Assembly: GCA_047495785.1 (NCBI GenBank) | Contig: JBLDXI010000046.1 | Coordinates: 1,550,001 to 1,614,000, forward strand | DNA length: 64,000 bases | Reading direction: 5' to 3' | Source of the DNA: Lepidodermella squamata | Taxonomy: Eukaryota; Animalia; Gastrotricha | Part shown: in pieces, positions 38,301 through 62,463 of the stretch | How the letters are laid out: each line of letters begins with the position of its first letter | Numbering within the stretch: position 1 is the stretch's first letter | Position numbers and translations under genes: made by a program | Notes under the pieces: model-generated | Seen by the model: the letters and a program-made list of their open reading frames with translations, nothing else | Database searches by the model: none | What the model was told of the DNA's origin: nothing

Positions 38301-41300
38301 TGCACCGACATTGGCTTGGCTAATAACACGCTTCCCGACGGTCTTTACTGGATCTTTCCATATGGCCTGAAGCCTTTGCAGGTCTACTGCTTCATTTCTG
38401 CGCTGGCCGGTGTTTCAGCTGGGAACCGTGGCTGGACTGTGATTCAGAGACGAAGCGTTGGCTCTACTTTCAGCTTCAACAAAAATTGGACGAGCTATAA
38501 AACAGGCTTCGCTTCTGCGAATCCTTTGGCAGCTAATTCGGATTATTGGCTAGGCCTCGAAAACATCTACCGAATGACTGACGGGGCGGCATTCAACTTA
38601 TACGTTCAAGTTTCACAGTTATCACCCCCTCACTTATACCTCTACAATGCCGTCTACTTGGACTTCAAAGTGATGGACGAAGCTCGAGGATACGCGCTCT
38701 ACGCAGATAGGTATCAGACGAATTCTGCCGGAGATTCGTTAAGCATGTACCACAATGGGCAACCTTTTTCAACCTACGATTACGGCATAGCTTCAGCCTG
38801 CATAAATTCCTCTGGATTCCAGGGCGGTTGGTGGCTACCATCGAATTGCAGCTACATGTCGCATTTGAATAACGATATAACCTCCAATGTAGCGCCGAAG
38901 TATATGGCTTGGACATCAACTAGCACGGGAAACATCTCATTTGCCGGGTCGATCATGATGATTTTCCAAGATCGTAAGTTTTACCCTTCCTACCGCTAGC
39001 TAAAACTTCCCACTATCTGGTTTAGGAGCTAATCTGCCGAACTTGCCATGTGCAACCAAAACGGCGGTCGGAAGTGGGGGAGCTTGCCGCTACACAGCTA
39101 AGCCAGGATGTAAGTTGGTGTCGGGCGAGGAGGTGCGACTTCCACCTTCCGCAACCAACTTTTACTACCCTCGATCCTCAGCAGCAGATCCGATTTACAC
39201 ACGTAATTGCAACTTGTTTCAATCTATGTAATCTATGTTGAATTGTGTAGCCTTCAATGCTTCAATGGATTGTGGGGCCGTGCAGCAGCAAAAGAGCCTT
39301 TACTATAGATTCATTTCCGGGGTGAATTCATCGATTCAAGTCGGAGATTTTGGACCTGGTACGGTCTGGTGCGATCAGGAAACCATGGGTAAGACGGATT
39401 TGCATCAACTTGCTTGCATCTCATGATGTTCTATCAAAGGTGGTGGTTGGATTGTTGTACAGCGTCGGGTCGACAACACCCAGACGTTCTTGCAAGATTC
39501 AACAGGCTATTTAAGTTCATTTGGATCTTTGTCAGGAAATTACTGGATGGGCCTCGATGCTATTCGCTTGATTACAACAGGAGATAACTTGGAGCTACTG
39601 GTCGAGCTTGTTGGACCTAATGGATACGCTTTTGCGATTTACGATACGTTCTACCTGTCATCCCCAGTCAATAAGCTGGTGGTCGGCGGTTATCGTACGT
39701 GTTCAACAGCGGGGGACTCGCTGTCACCACTGAACAACTTAAAGTTCATCGTTGATGACTGTGGCACTGGTGGTTGGTGGCTTCCCATGCCGTGCAATAC
39801 ATCTGTTTTGTCCTCGAACTTGAACGCTCCTTATTCAAAAGTAGGGTTGACAGGAACCTATTGGAAGACTTACTCGGCTTCAACGGTCAATTTTCTACGG
39901 ACTGAGATGAAAGTCCGCCGCAAAGACTTGCTCAATGGCCGGTACGTAGTCGCGAAGAATTACTTCTGTAATGCGACCGGGAGTACAATTGCTACCATGA
40001 ATAGCGTAATTTCCGCGCAAGACTGCTTGGATCTGTGCACGAGGTATTCAACATTTGAATGCCAAATAGCAATCTATGATCGAACATCCACTTGTATCTT
40101 GAGTTCGAAGTCATGTGCAGTTGGACAGGGAATGGTGAATAATGCGTACGATAGCTATTTCCGTATGGATAGATGTACCCATTTCTCGGCGTGTGGCCCT
40201 CCACCTGGCATGACCGGCACCAGCCTTGAACTCATAAACATGCCGGGAAGTTTGACTGTGTCCTACACTTGTTTACCGGGATACACTAATGCAGCATCCC
40301 CGAATGACGCGACTACGCTTACATGCAACGCGACTTCGAGATACTGGCTTGGAACTTGGATGCGCTGCCAGACACTTTGCGGAATTTACCCTGATTTTAG
40401 CGACGCCCCGGCTACGCGACTACCCATTGTTAACTCAACTGGCAATACCACATCCATTTTTTACGAGTGCAATGCGAATTACGAATTAGTTTCTGGCAGT
40501 TTGACACAAGTTTGCGCGCCTCCTTATGGCGCCTGGGTGGGCAGTCCTCCTGTTTGCGGTTCGACACGATGCAGCCAGCCGCCGGTGGTCTTAGGTACTA
40601 CTAGCAATTTTACTCTAGTTCCGGTCGATCAAAGGAATACTCGCTACTCCGTCTGGCAGTATAAATGCTCAGCTGGATATGTGTTCAACTTAACTAATAC
40701 AAACACTGCTTTTCTCACCTGTGACGTAACCAAGCAATGGGTGGGAAATGTCAGCGTTTGCGTTCCAGACTGCTCACAGATTGGGAATTGCCTGAACGGA
40801 GGCTCATGCGTTGCTACCAATCAATGCACCTGCGCGACAGGATGGTTTGGAACAAATTGCAAGACAGGTATATTCATATAAGTGCCCTAAATTCATCACC
40901 TATCCATCCTTTTCGATAGCTAACTGCTCATCTGTTGGAGGGTGTTCTAATGGTGGTACTTGCGTGGCGCCGAACCAATGCGTGTGTACTTTAGGATGGC
41001 TTGGAAACAACTGCACTATTCGTGAGCATTCTACTCAACTTTTCGGTTTTATAGTGCTTCAATTCTCTGATTTAGCCGATTGCTCCTCGAAGGCCAACTG
41101 TACGGGACACGGAACCTGCTCAGCCCCGGCAACATGCCTTTGCAGCTCTGGTTGGAAAGGCGCGAACTGCTCTGAACGTCAGTAATTAATTCTTAGGACT
41201 CGTGGTATTTTAACCCGTTGGTTTAATAGCTGATTGTTCGATCATCGATGGAGGATGTCAAAACAATGCGACATGTGTTGCTGGACCCAAGTGCATTTGT

Positions 41301-44300
41301 AAGCTAGGTTGGGCTGGGGCTAACTGCACTACGCGTAAGTTCGGCATTCTGGTAAAACTGGTTCATAACGTATCCGTACCTGTCTATTAGCCGACTGCTC
41401 AACGTTATCCAACTGCTCTGGCCATGGATCTTGCGTCGGCCCCTTGAATTGCAGTTGCGCTACGGGCTGGCTCGGCGAAAGCTGTGCAGCAGGTTAGATG
41501 ATACCTTCAAACCTTGACTCCGCATTACACCCTTTACCCATAAAGCGGATTGTTCCAACTTGGGAGGCTGTAAGAACAGCGGCGTTTGCTCGGCTCCAGG
41601 TTTATGCCTTTGTAACGTGGGTTTCTCTGGCAGCGATTGCAGTTCCGCAAACGCCAGTAATGATAACCCAGCGGCAGCCTTAACAGCCCTGTCTAGTTTG
41701 CCGAGCACGACCTTGGTGGTTAAGGCGGAAGCTTTCAGCTCGATTGCACTCGAGAGTTCTACATTCATAGCGAAAATCGAAGATTCAGCGAAAGTTGCTT
41801 CGAACTCGGTAAAAATTCGAAATTGCTATGCATGGTTGACATGTCTATAGGAAACCCGTTTATTAGGAGTCCTTCTTTGCCAGCTTAGGTCCGCTGTTGA
41901 CTCGTTATGCTGAAATATCGGCAACGATACCTGCCGCCGCTATTCCTGGAATAGCAACTAGTTATGCCGAAGCTGCAAGCTCAGTCATGACTGCCGTCGT
42001 TGAGAATACGGTGCTGCCGACAGCCGAGACTCCAGAATTGAACCTAGACGACCGATCTGCAAAGTGTTTGGTCGAAAAATTCGACTCTGAGGTCAAGATT
42101 GTTGAAAAGAGGGTCGAAATGACTACTGAGCGAACGGAAACGATTTACGGGAATTTCAAGCAAATGATTGAAGGAATGGTAACGATGGTGAAAAGCGCAT
42201 TGTCCAGTGGGAAAGACTTTTCGTTCAATGGGAAGTTCTTTTCAGTCCTTGTCTATAGTTTCCCGGTCGGCAGTGTTTCAGGCATGCAACTGAATACTAG
42301 CTTGGCCATCGCTCAGTTTCAAAATGCTGAAAATCCCTTGGAAATGTTTGAAACGATTCCAGCTGGCATGAACCGTGACTCGGTGCTCACAGCTGCAGTT
42401 CAAGCGTACATCACTAACATTTTGGATGTCAGTCAGCCCTTCAACATGCCCACGGTGTCCATTAAAATCTACTATGGCAAGACGTTGCTGATGTTGAATA
42501 AGCGGTATCCCATGAAAATATCAGCCAGACCGTTGGTCAACAAAGTCGCGCAGCTGAGTATGCAAAAGGTTGATGCGCAATGCGACGTGAACAAGATCAA
42601 ATGCGACCCGAGTAGTAACGCGGATTCCATCGGAACTTTGGTCAGTTTCCCTGTTACCCCTCGAGCAGGAGACTTTTTCCTCATCTATCCAGCAATCGCT
42701 TTCAACTACACGAGTTATATCTCCCTCAATTCTACGCCGACTGTGAAATCCTACATTTGGTCAGTTGATGTTGTTGGCGAATCTGTAACCATCAGTTCTC
42801 ACAAGAGATACCGCAGTCTAAAATTCAGTTTCGATCCTAAAACAGAACTACGCATCAGTGTCCCTGGAGACACTTTAGCTGATTTTGCTGCAGCGCAAGG
42901 CTATTCGTCATCAGAAAACGTCTCCTTCTCGATGTTTGTATACAGCAAGAAAAATCTTTCCGCTTTCAACACTATGGATGACCTGCCTCCCGCGATCTGT
43001 GATATGCTGCGATGTTACGGTTACCATCTGCGAGTTGGATTCGCTTCAAAAGATGAATCTGTGAATACGAGGAAAAAGCGATCAGCCGTCTATTCAAATA
43101 ATGGAACATCGGATGACTTTGAGATAGATGCAAGTTCAACTGAGTCTCAAGTTACCTTCAAATCGTCGTATTTCGGAGACTTCGGAGCAGACGTAAAGTT
43201 TTTCATTTTTGAACGATCTCTCCTACGTATCTCTTTTCTCTAGCTGCTTATATCCCCGAATACCATTCAATTCTCAGATGTGTTCGGGAATTTTTCTTCT
43301 CTGATTGCCGACAATGCTTTTGTCCTTGGATTCATGGTGGCCTCAGTAGTTGCCTACCTCGCAGCCGTGGGTGCTATGGTTTACCTAGATAGAGCTGATC
43401 TGAAAGAGTGGGCGTACCTGCCTCTACTCTGCAACAGATGGCATCAGAAGAACACGTACCTCATATCGGTTGACTACCTACAAGTCAAACGCTTCGATCT
43501 TGAGCCGTTAATTTACATCCGATTCTACGGGGACGTTTGCGACACTGATTGGAAACTATTAAAGGATGGTGTTAGAAAGGTTAGTATTTAAGAAATCGAT
43601 TTTGCAAAATATAGGGAAATCATTCTTTAGAATTTTGATGGAAAACACCCGGGAAATTTCATAATGACGACGTTTCTTCCACTCGGCTACGTGAATGCGG
43701 TTGAGGTGAAAGTTTACAGCCGATATCGAGCTGCTGTAACTCAGAAGCCGCTGCAACTACACATCGATAAGATCGTACTCCTAGATGTAGCAAAGGGGAA
43801 CAAATTCATGTTTCCAGTTCGAGAGACCTTGAAAACGGGCGGCAAGAAGTTATGCTACCTAGCCACCGAAGATCAAGCGAAAGGATTTCGATACCTGGTT
43901 AGTGGTCATTCTAGAACTGGTATCACAGACCAACACCCGTGGCTCTCAATTATCAAGCGACCAATGCCAAGCAATTGGACCCGATGCGAGCGATTGTCTT
44001 GCGTTGTTGCTGCAGTTTTCATGGGCATGTTGGTTAATGCCATGTTTTATGGGAAGGAGTCGACTGCTCCTCGTGTTGGCATTAAAATCGGTAACTTGTT
44101 CAGGCTGTCATGGTTCACGGTATATACTAGCTTCATCGGCTGCCTCGTCGTTATTCCGCCAACAGCAGTTATCGGCTTCATATTCAAGAGAGTTAAGCGG
44201 AAGTCTGCGGAGAAATCAAATTGGCTAACTGTATTCAACGCTCAAGTCAAGGAGGTCGATGAGTACGACGAGAAGGATCCAGGAAAAAAGAAAAAGAAAC

Positions 44301-46993
44301 CGCTGCAACTACCGTTCTGGTGCGTTGGAATCGCTTGGTTCTGTAAGCCGCATTTTCTATAATTAAACCTAACTTAGTTAACCCCATTTTGAACTTGATA
44401 GTGGTGGCGTCATGTATCGGAGTCTCGGCTTTCCTTATTGTGACATATAGTCTGGTTTGGGGTCGTGAAAAATCTTTGCAGTGGTTATCAGGGATGGTCA
44501 TGCACATTGTTCAAGATATAATTATCATTCAAACAGTCAAAGTCCTTCTTTTATCGGTCGTAACGTCTTCCTTGCTCAAGCTTCCAGACGATGGGGTTAC
44601 CATTGGAAAGCTTGTTTACTCAAAAGGTTACTTGAGAATTTCTTTCATGATCTAGTACGTTTTCATTTAAATTTAGAAAATACTGATGAGCGAACCAAAG
44701 TTTTCAAACGCCTGCGTAACATCGTGGTGGGGACATTCCATCACGTCATCTACGTCATCGTGTTTGCCCTGGTTGTAGCATGCACTCAAAATATGTTTTC
44801 TTACAGCTTGGTGAGAGATCTCAAGCCTCTAGTCACAATCTCGGGTGTCCAGCAAGTCCTACAGCCAATTGATGATCACGGAGCTATTTTGGACTGGATC
44901 AGCGATTCTTTGATACCAAACTTCATGAATGGAAACCAGTTGACGTACGGCGGGATTTTTAATCGGAAAAACATCTACGCTGTCCCAAATCACGATGTTG
45001 TTATGATTGGTCCTATTAGACTAAGGCAGCAAAGAGTCAGTCTTATGACTTGCCCTTTGAAAATGGCTGCTATACCTGCTTATACATCACGATATATTTC
45101 GAAATTGGCTGGACAAAATGTTACCTGCCAGGAAGCTTATGTCGATAATCTTGGTTTTGGGTCGCTATCTGAAAATCGAAATTTTTCCTATGATTGGATC
45201 CCGTTACCACCCTACTACCCAAAGATATCCAATGTCTCCACCGACAAAGCTCCATGGCTATACCGAGACGACAGTGGCTTCGTATACAGTGGATGGCTGG
45301 GAAATTACAAAACAGGAGGTTATTACGTCGATCTTCCTCTGAAAATGTGGCAGGCCCAAGATGCTGTGCGGCGTCTGAAAGCCGGCCGATGGTTGGATAA
45401 CGCAACGTCAGTGCTTTTCATTGACTTTGTGCTGTACAATGCCCAAGTAAACCTCTTCATGGCTATCAAAACAGTTTTCGAAGCTCTGCCTGCTGGCGGA
45501 ATGACCTACCACGCCAGGCTGTACCCGCTACAACTGTATCAATACTCGGGGGCAAGTTCATTGTTCATATTCGCTGTTCAGGGTGTTTGGATTCTGTTGC
45601 TCATATCCCATGCCATAAGATTTATCCATGAAATGAGGAAAGTTGGCCCATCAAAGTTTCTGAAAGACGGTTGGGACATTTTGGAGGTTGTGTCACTCTT
45701 GATAGCTTTTTCAATTGTTGGCCTCTTCGCCGCTAGAATCTACAACATCATTAAGACCGTGACTAAAATGCAGACAAATCGAAGTTCTTTCACCAACTTG
45801 GACCTTCTGATCAACTGGGAAGAGTTGATGGCTAACTTGTACGGCATTGCTTTTTTCATCACATTGCTGCTGTTTTTCCGAAATCTGAAATTCAACAAGC
45901 ATTGGTGCGTGTTTTTGGGCACGCTATCGAAAGGCCGGAACGATCTCATTTCCTTCGTATTCGTATTTGTCATTGTTACTGTCATGTTCTCGCTTCTTGG
46001 CTATCTTACCATGGGAACAACTAGGGACGAATTCCGAACTTTCACTGCGTCGGTCATGACCCTGGTTCAGAACATAATTGGAGTATCGGGGTCGTTGATT
46101 TCTCTCGGATTCTCTTCGAGATTCGTTATGTTCTACTGCATGGCCTATTCTACAATTGTCATGTTTTTCGCTGTTCAAATTTTTATGACGATTGTTTCTG
46201 TAACGTATGGGCAAGTCGCAGATAATGTCACTAAATTCACGGATTGGGACAAAGAAGTCGACGAATACATGTCGGAAGAACTGAAAAAGCTCGCAGCTCG
46301 TAAAGGCGGCGTTGATAAGTCTAAAAGTGTTTTCAAGCCAGTCGGAGTTAGAAACTTTGCAAAACGTAAGTTAAACTACCTCAACATTCCTATACTAGTC
46401 TGATAACAATTTATTTTGCAGTCGAGCGATCCGTGCATAGATTGTTGAACTATGTCGATGCAACGTTGTCCGATGACACTCTGGACGCCGAAGACAAACG
46501 ATATCGATGCTTAATGCATTGGATAGATTTCAAAATCCACAGCGAGTTGAGGCGGATTTCCAAACCAGTTGTCATCCCGACTCCTAGTGTGGGTAACCTC
46601 TCGTTTCCTCAGAAGCATCCACAATCAGACTGGAGGTCTCTTCTTGGTGACAAAGTGGTGTCTCAGAGAGGCCATGTTGTCCAAACGATCCAGCCGCCAC
46701 CGTTGCCTCCTCCACCGCCTGTTTACGTCTACACTCCCATGAGGATTGAAACACATTTTCTATTACGCCAAGAGACGAATTTCGTACCTGCAATCAATAA
46801 GCCTGCTGTGAAAGCACCTAAGCCTCATTCGATACAGCCTGCAAAATCCAAGAAAACCTCCCTGCTCGATTACTTGAAGCCATCAAAGAAGAAACCTAGC
46901 ATTCAAGCAAGCGGGAGCAATTTGCCGACGGACGCAGTTCGCAAAATGTACGATAAAAAAACTGAAAATCGATTATACGCCACAAGCATGTGA
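35304..46993 (+). CDS. Polycystin-1-like (PKD1L/REJ-family) receptor-channel with EGF, F5/8C, 4x fibrinogen-C, PAN, CCP/sushi, EGF array, degenerate GAIN/GPS, TM1, PLAT and polycystin channel domains (~3,400 aa)
   Basis: Signal-peptide exon 35304-35376; EGF exons; discoidin-like 36184-36670; FBG domains at ~36838, 37640, 38290, 39260 (VYCD/E..GGGWTVIQRR, FWLGL, GGWW); PAN ~39950; three CCP; EGF array; in-phase splice 41809->41868 into the stalk; PNTIQF-TM1; PLAT; HPWLS..RP..SNWTRCERLSC; IRLRQQRV; RWLDNATSVLFIDFVLYNAQVNLF; C-terminal LERSVHRLLNYVD. Confidence 0.85.
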
Positions 46994-47821
46994 AAGCTTT
47001 GACAAACAATGTTCTCCTATTTCGACTTTACTCGTGCGATTCGGGTCAATTCTGAACGAAATAAACGATTATTAAACGCAATAAAAAATCAGCAAAACCA
47101 TCCGTAAACTCTTGAGCTATTTAGGTGTTTGCGTTTCTGTCCTCCGAATTTGAACAATATGGTGGCCCTAAACCTGCCTATAAACCTGCCTAACAAGTAG
47201 AGCTTCTGCCGAACAAGCGTCTTGAGCCAGAACAAGTAGTTGAGCGTCTACTGCAAAAACCAGTAAAAGATGGATAGCGATACTGTTGCCGCTAGTACAT
47301 AGAGACTACAAGGACGTTGTTCAAACACTGGCTATGGCCTCGTGGAGGTTTGAAGACACTGTCTGGGGAGTTCCGGCTGATGTCAACGCTACAATCATAA
47401 TATGAAACGGCTCTATGCCACGCCAGCAATCCTTTTGAGAGGAGATGCAAGAAGCCATCTCAATTCTCAACCTTTTTTAGCGGCTTAAGCCATGAGGTGG
47501 GTGATCAAAATACAATGGCAAACGCAAGATGAGCTTGCCTCACGAACTTCAGCAACGTCTTAGCCGAAAAGATACATATTCTTATATTCTTATATGTATT
47601 TTCTGCGCCACCAATATAGCGAGCGCGTTGCCCAACAAACGGAGAAGGCCCATTTCCCAGTCCGGCATTTGCACAGCAGAACAACGCCGAACACAGGGTT
47701 TTTGCCGAACAAAGGGGTGAAATCGAGTTGTACTGACTTGTACAGGTGTTTTTTATGCCAATTTGTTCGTCCTTGTTCGGAAATTTTAAATTCAAGGAAA
47801 ATAATTGCAGGGAAAAAAATT

Positions 47822-47900
47822 AAAAAGCTGTGGTGGGCGTTGAACCATCGTTCTCACACTCCTTACACAGCCTCTCTCACCACTAAGCCATTCACTCTCT
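47822..47900 (-). ncRNA. tRNA-derived Pol III element (SINE head or tRNA pseudogene)
   Basis: Minus strand reads A-box TGGCTTAGTGG (47890-47880), B-box GGTTCAACGCCC (47846-47835), then TTTTT. No convincing acceptor or anticodon stem. Confidence 0.5.
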
Positions 47901-49336
47901 CGAAATCAGAGACCGAGGGGTCGAATACAAAATATGTATCTAGAAATCATGTGACTAAACCATTTTCAACACAATTCAACTTTTTAAACTGTTAATTTTC
48001 TTTAATTTTTTAATTTTAAATTTTCATTTAAAACAAATTGAATTCATAGCGAAATAATGCGGAAAAAAAACAAAATTCACTGTGCAGCCGTATTTATTGA
48101 AAATCGCAAAACTGAGGTGGCTTGAATCATACTTCTGGGTAAGTTCTTGCGGCACCAGTTTGAGCTTGGGAATTTTTTAAACGATAAAATCATCTGATTA
48201 TTATGAACTTTGAACACTGACTGAGACCGATTGAAAAGCCATACAAAATGTCGGAATTTTTTATATACCTTGTGTCAAATATTTCAATACCAACTGCCTT
48301 ACTTGTCTATCAAGTATTATCCTGCACTGATGCTGATTTCAGCTCATCTTCTCCAATTTAAAGCACAATGCAAGACGTAAAACCCGTTTCTCGTTAGCAA
48401 TTCTCATTGTTTCGATCTTTCGATCAAGAGAAGGAAAACGTATCGGATCAAACCAACAAATTCAGCTATTTATGTTTCACAGCGCCGTCACTATTGTTCA
48501 AGTGAAGCTGTGTAAGAAGTTCAGAAGAGGTCAATGCACACCTTGCCGAGTATGCATCACATTGTTATTAATATTTCAAGCTTAAGAATGGTAAAAACGA
48601 CACTCTGCATTTCAAATTATTGGACTCCAATATAGCAACTTCAAACAATTGATAACGGCTTTAATAATGGATGGTAGGAGCAAGCGTTCCGAAAGAAGAG
48701 GGAATAGGTCATGTTTGAGCGGTTTTCATGCAACAATGATGGGAAAATTTCTCCATATTTTCATTACAGGTTTGCGAAGATATGAAAGCATCGCTATATT
48801 TGCACATTTGCTTGTTTTGATTTCTGTTGTCACAGGATTGCTTTCCCTGAGATGCGCACTTGGTAAGGAATTTTCATTTCAACAGAAGGTGTCATTGAAT
48901 CAATCACTCAGGAACGTGCATCTCAAATGCCACCTTAACTGCGACAACGACTCCTGCAACGCTCACAGTGGCGTATAGCGTTAATGACAGATGTGGCTGG
49001 TTGATAAGTGCTGCTCCAAGCCAAAGAATCAAGTGAGGATTTAAGCCATGCCATGCATTGACTATATAGCTAGCTCACGTCGGATTCAACCTTGATCACA
49101 TTAGTTGAACAGGCAGCTAGCAAAAGTAGAATGAAAAGGCAAAAGCATTGCCGTTTTCGGCTGTTTTATTTGGCACCTGTGACCCCAAAACTATAGTGAA
49201 CAAGCTTAAAAACCCACATTTTCAACGACGCTAGAATGACATCATTAGGGAACCTCAGAAAATAATTAACACTTTAACTGCCAAAAATAGACCGCGAGAT
49301 CCGATATTTGGATCCTAATCCTGGGTCTGTCAAAAG

Positions 49337-50416
49337 CAGGGTTGGGGTTTATACAGATATTTCAAATTTCGGATCTGTTCAAACGTTTAAACGTTTAAAC
49401 ACATGTTTAAACAGGTATATATCGCGGGGTGGGCGACAGAACGACCTGACTAAAATAGAAACAAATGGCGTAAAACTATTTTTTGCATCTCGGCCAAGTC
49501 AGTCGCGTGCCGGAAAAACTGAGCGCCAGTTTTTTCTAAGCATCAAAAGCATTACGCCATTTGTTTCTATTTTAGTCAGGTCGTTCTGTCGCCCACCCCG
49601 CGATATACAGATAGTGTAAAAATGGGTATTTTGCTCCAAGCTACATCTCGTTAACCGTATCTCTAGTTGAATTTTAAGTTGCACCACGTGATTCTGCGTG
49701 AAAAACTGCATAGTTTGATGTATTACTCGATTATTTTCTCATTCGGAAGGACAAAATGATGAAGGTGCAATAAAGTAATAAAATAATTAAAAAAATGCAA
49801 TTATTCCCGGAAGTATGACAGCTACTGAAATTCTGAAAACGGATTCGGATCCGCCGTGAAAGGTTACCCCTCCGGAGTTTCTAAGGGGGTTTGCTAGGTC
49901 AAAGGAAGCGGTTTTGCCGATTTTTTTGAACATTTCAACTTTAAAGGCACAAAACCGCACAATTATACCCTACCGGAAGCATAAACTGATTTCGCGATAT
50001 CTTCGTTATTATGATAGATAGAGGCTTGAAACTTTGGATTCTAGGGTAACTTTTGCCGCTGAACAAGCTGGTGACATCAGCTTTATAGCATTCGACACCG
50101 ATTATCGGTTATCGATTATCGGTTATTGGTGATCGATCAGCTGACTGATTGACATTTACTCAGCCATTTTCGATTGTTTCTTCAGAGCTCAGAGCTTATA
50201 TCTACCATCAGCTACATCATAAGCAAATGTTAGGGAAACCTGATCTATATTTTTATGCTCCGATATACCATTTACGTTAGATCGTAGTTAAAACACTGTT
50301 CGACCTGTATAAACCCTGTTTTTTCAGATTTTTCGGACCTGTAAACTGTATGTTTAAACATAACAGTATGTTTAAACATACTGTATAAACAGATTGTTTA
50401 AACAGCCCCAACCCTG
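49337..50416. mobile_element. Non-autonomous hAT-type element (1,080 bp)
   Basis: TIRs CAGGGTTGGGG / CCCCAACCCTG, perfect 8-bp TSD GTCAAAAG (49329-49336, 50417-50424), subterminal GTTTAAAC repeats at both ends. Confidence 0.88.
49418..49607. mobile_element. Short palindromic MITE nested in the hAT element
   Basis: ~55-bp perfect inverted repeat TATATCGCGGGGTGGGCGACAGAACGACCTGACTAAAATAGAAACAAATGGCGTAA; another right arm at ~50940-51028. Confidence 0.8.
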
Positions 50417-50939
50417 GTCAAAAGTCCTTTTTTCGGGTCAACGATGCGTCGTGGGGCAAAATGCCTGAAGGCAAAATGTGAACCATGACCTGGCGGTTCT
50501 CTTGACCCCAAATTCGGGGCCGTGACCTACTTTTTCCCAGCATTTTAGTTGTGATAACTAATAAAAAAACGACGTCTATAACAAGAGCTTTTAGGGTCAA
50601 ATCACTCGTCTGGGTACAAAAATATGCCGATAAAGCCGACTTTAAGGCGATAAAGACGAGGATGGTCGTCTTTATCCTGCATCCTGCATATAGAAATGTA
50701 CTAGAGCTGATAAAGACGACCATCCTCGTCTTTATTAAAATCTCTATTAAAAAACCCCAATATATTAATGAAATAAATCAGTTAGTGATCATCGTTCCTC
50801 CAATTGCTTCCGGATTCCACTCGACGTTATTTGAAATAAATTCCCAGCATTTATTGGCAGCCATGCCAAGATCCATTTCTTACTTGAGAACAATTATTCT
50901 GATTCAAATAATATTCTTATTTGCCCTCTTATTTGCCAG

Positions 50940-51320
50940 AAAAACTGAGCGCCAGTTTTTTCTGTGCATCAAATGCATTACGCCATTTGTTTCTATTTTA
51001 GTCAGGTCGTTCTGTCGCCCACCCCGCGACATGAAGGTCAGCTAGTCTAACTTTCCGCACCAAAATTTGAGGAACGCAAGTCATGAAAACTCCGTAATGT
51101 AGCTCAGACCTCAATTTGGTAAAAAAAAAAGTCGTTTTTCGAAAATTTTCGAAAATTTTCCAAATTCATAAGCCGGGCTCTTCAAGTTTTGATGGGCCCG
51201 TATTCAGATAATTACGCAGAATTTATTTATCGTAATTAATTCGATCTATTTTTGCGTGGCGTTTGCACTGCTTTTTTGGGTTTATCCTGCTTTGAAGCCT
51301 GCTGCGTCGTGGGGGACCCC
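50940..51320. mobile_element. Composite of MITE fragments (arm of the 49418 family abutting a truncated copy of the 21781 family)
   Basis: 50940-51028 matches 49515-49603; 51030-51320 matches ~21885-22146. Confidence 0.7.
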
Positions 51321-51799
51321 TTGAACACTCGAGAATCCTGAGAAAAAATCGAACCTATCGATATTTTCTAATTTATTTATGTATTTTGCAGGTAATTTAT
51401 CGTACTACAATATACAGAATATAGGGTGGTTTAAAACTGCCGCAGTGACGCGACTCTTTGCATAAGTCATTTTAGGAGGATTTTGACAACATTCAAGAAT
51501 TTTTATAATTGCGATATCGATCATTTCCATTTACAAGGATGAGAATTGTAGAGATCACGTGCCAGCTAACGATGTGATTGCAAAGTTGATGAATTGCGAG
51601 TACTTAATACCGCAAAATTTTAGTTTTAACCCGCTTCGTAATGAATTGTTAACAGCGCCCGTAAAACTTTCACACAAAAATATAAAAAGCGTTCGTTTGA
51701 CTTTAAGTATAAATATTGACGCAACAGCCGAAGCAATTAACGTCGATAATTACGAAGTAGCTCGTGTAAATGCGATGAAGGATTCAGTAAGGTATTTAG

Positions 51800-62429
<10,630 letters not shown>

Positions 62430-62463
62430 GTAACATCATTTTCCGGAAAAGTGTTAGTTCATA

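Noticed and set aside
47140-49100. Patches of coding-looking sequence downstream of the polycystin
   Set aside because: Multiple stops in all frames and no recognisable domain; probably decayed transposon DNA that cannot be assigned by eye.
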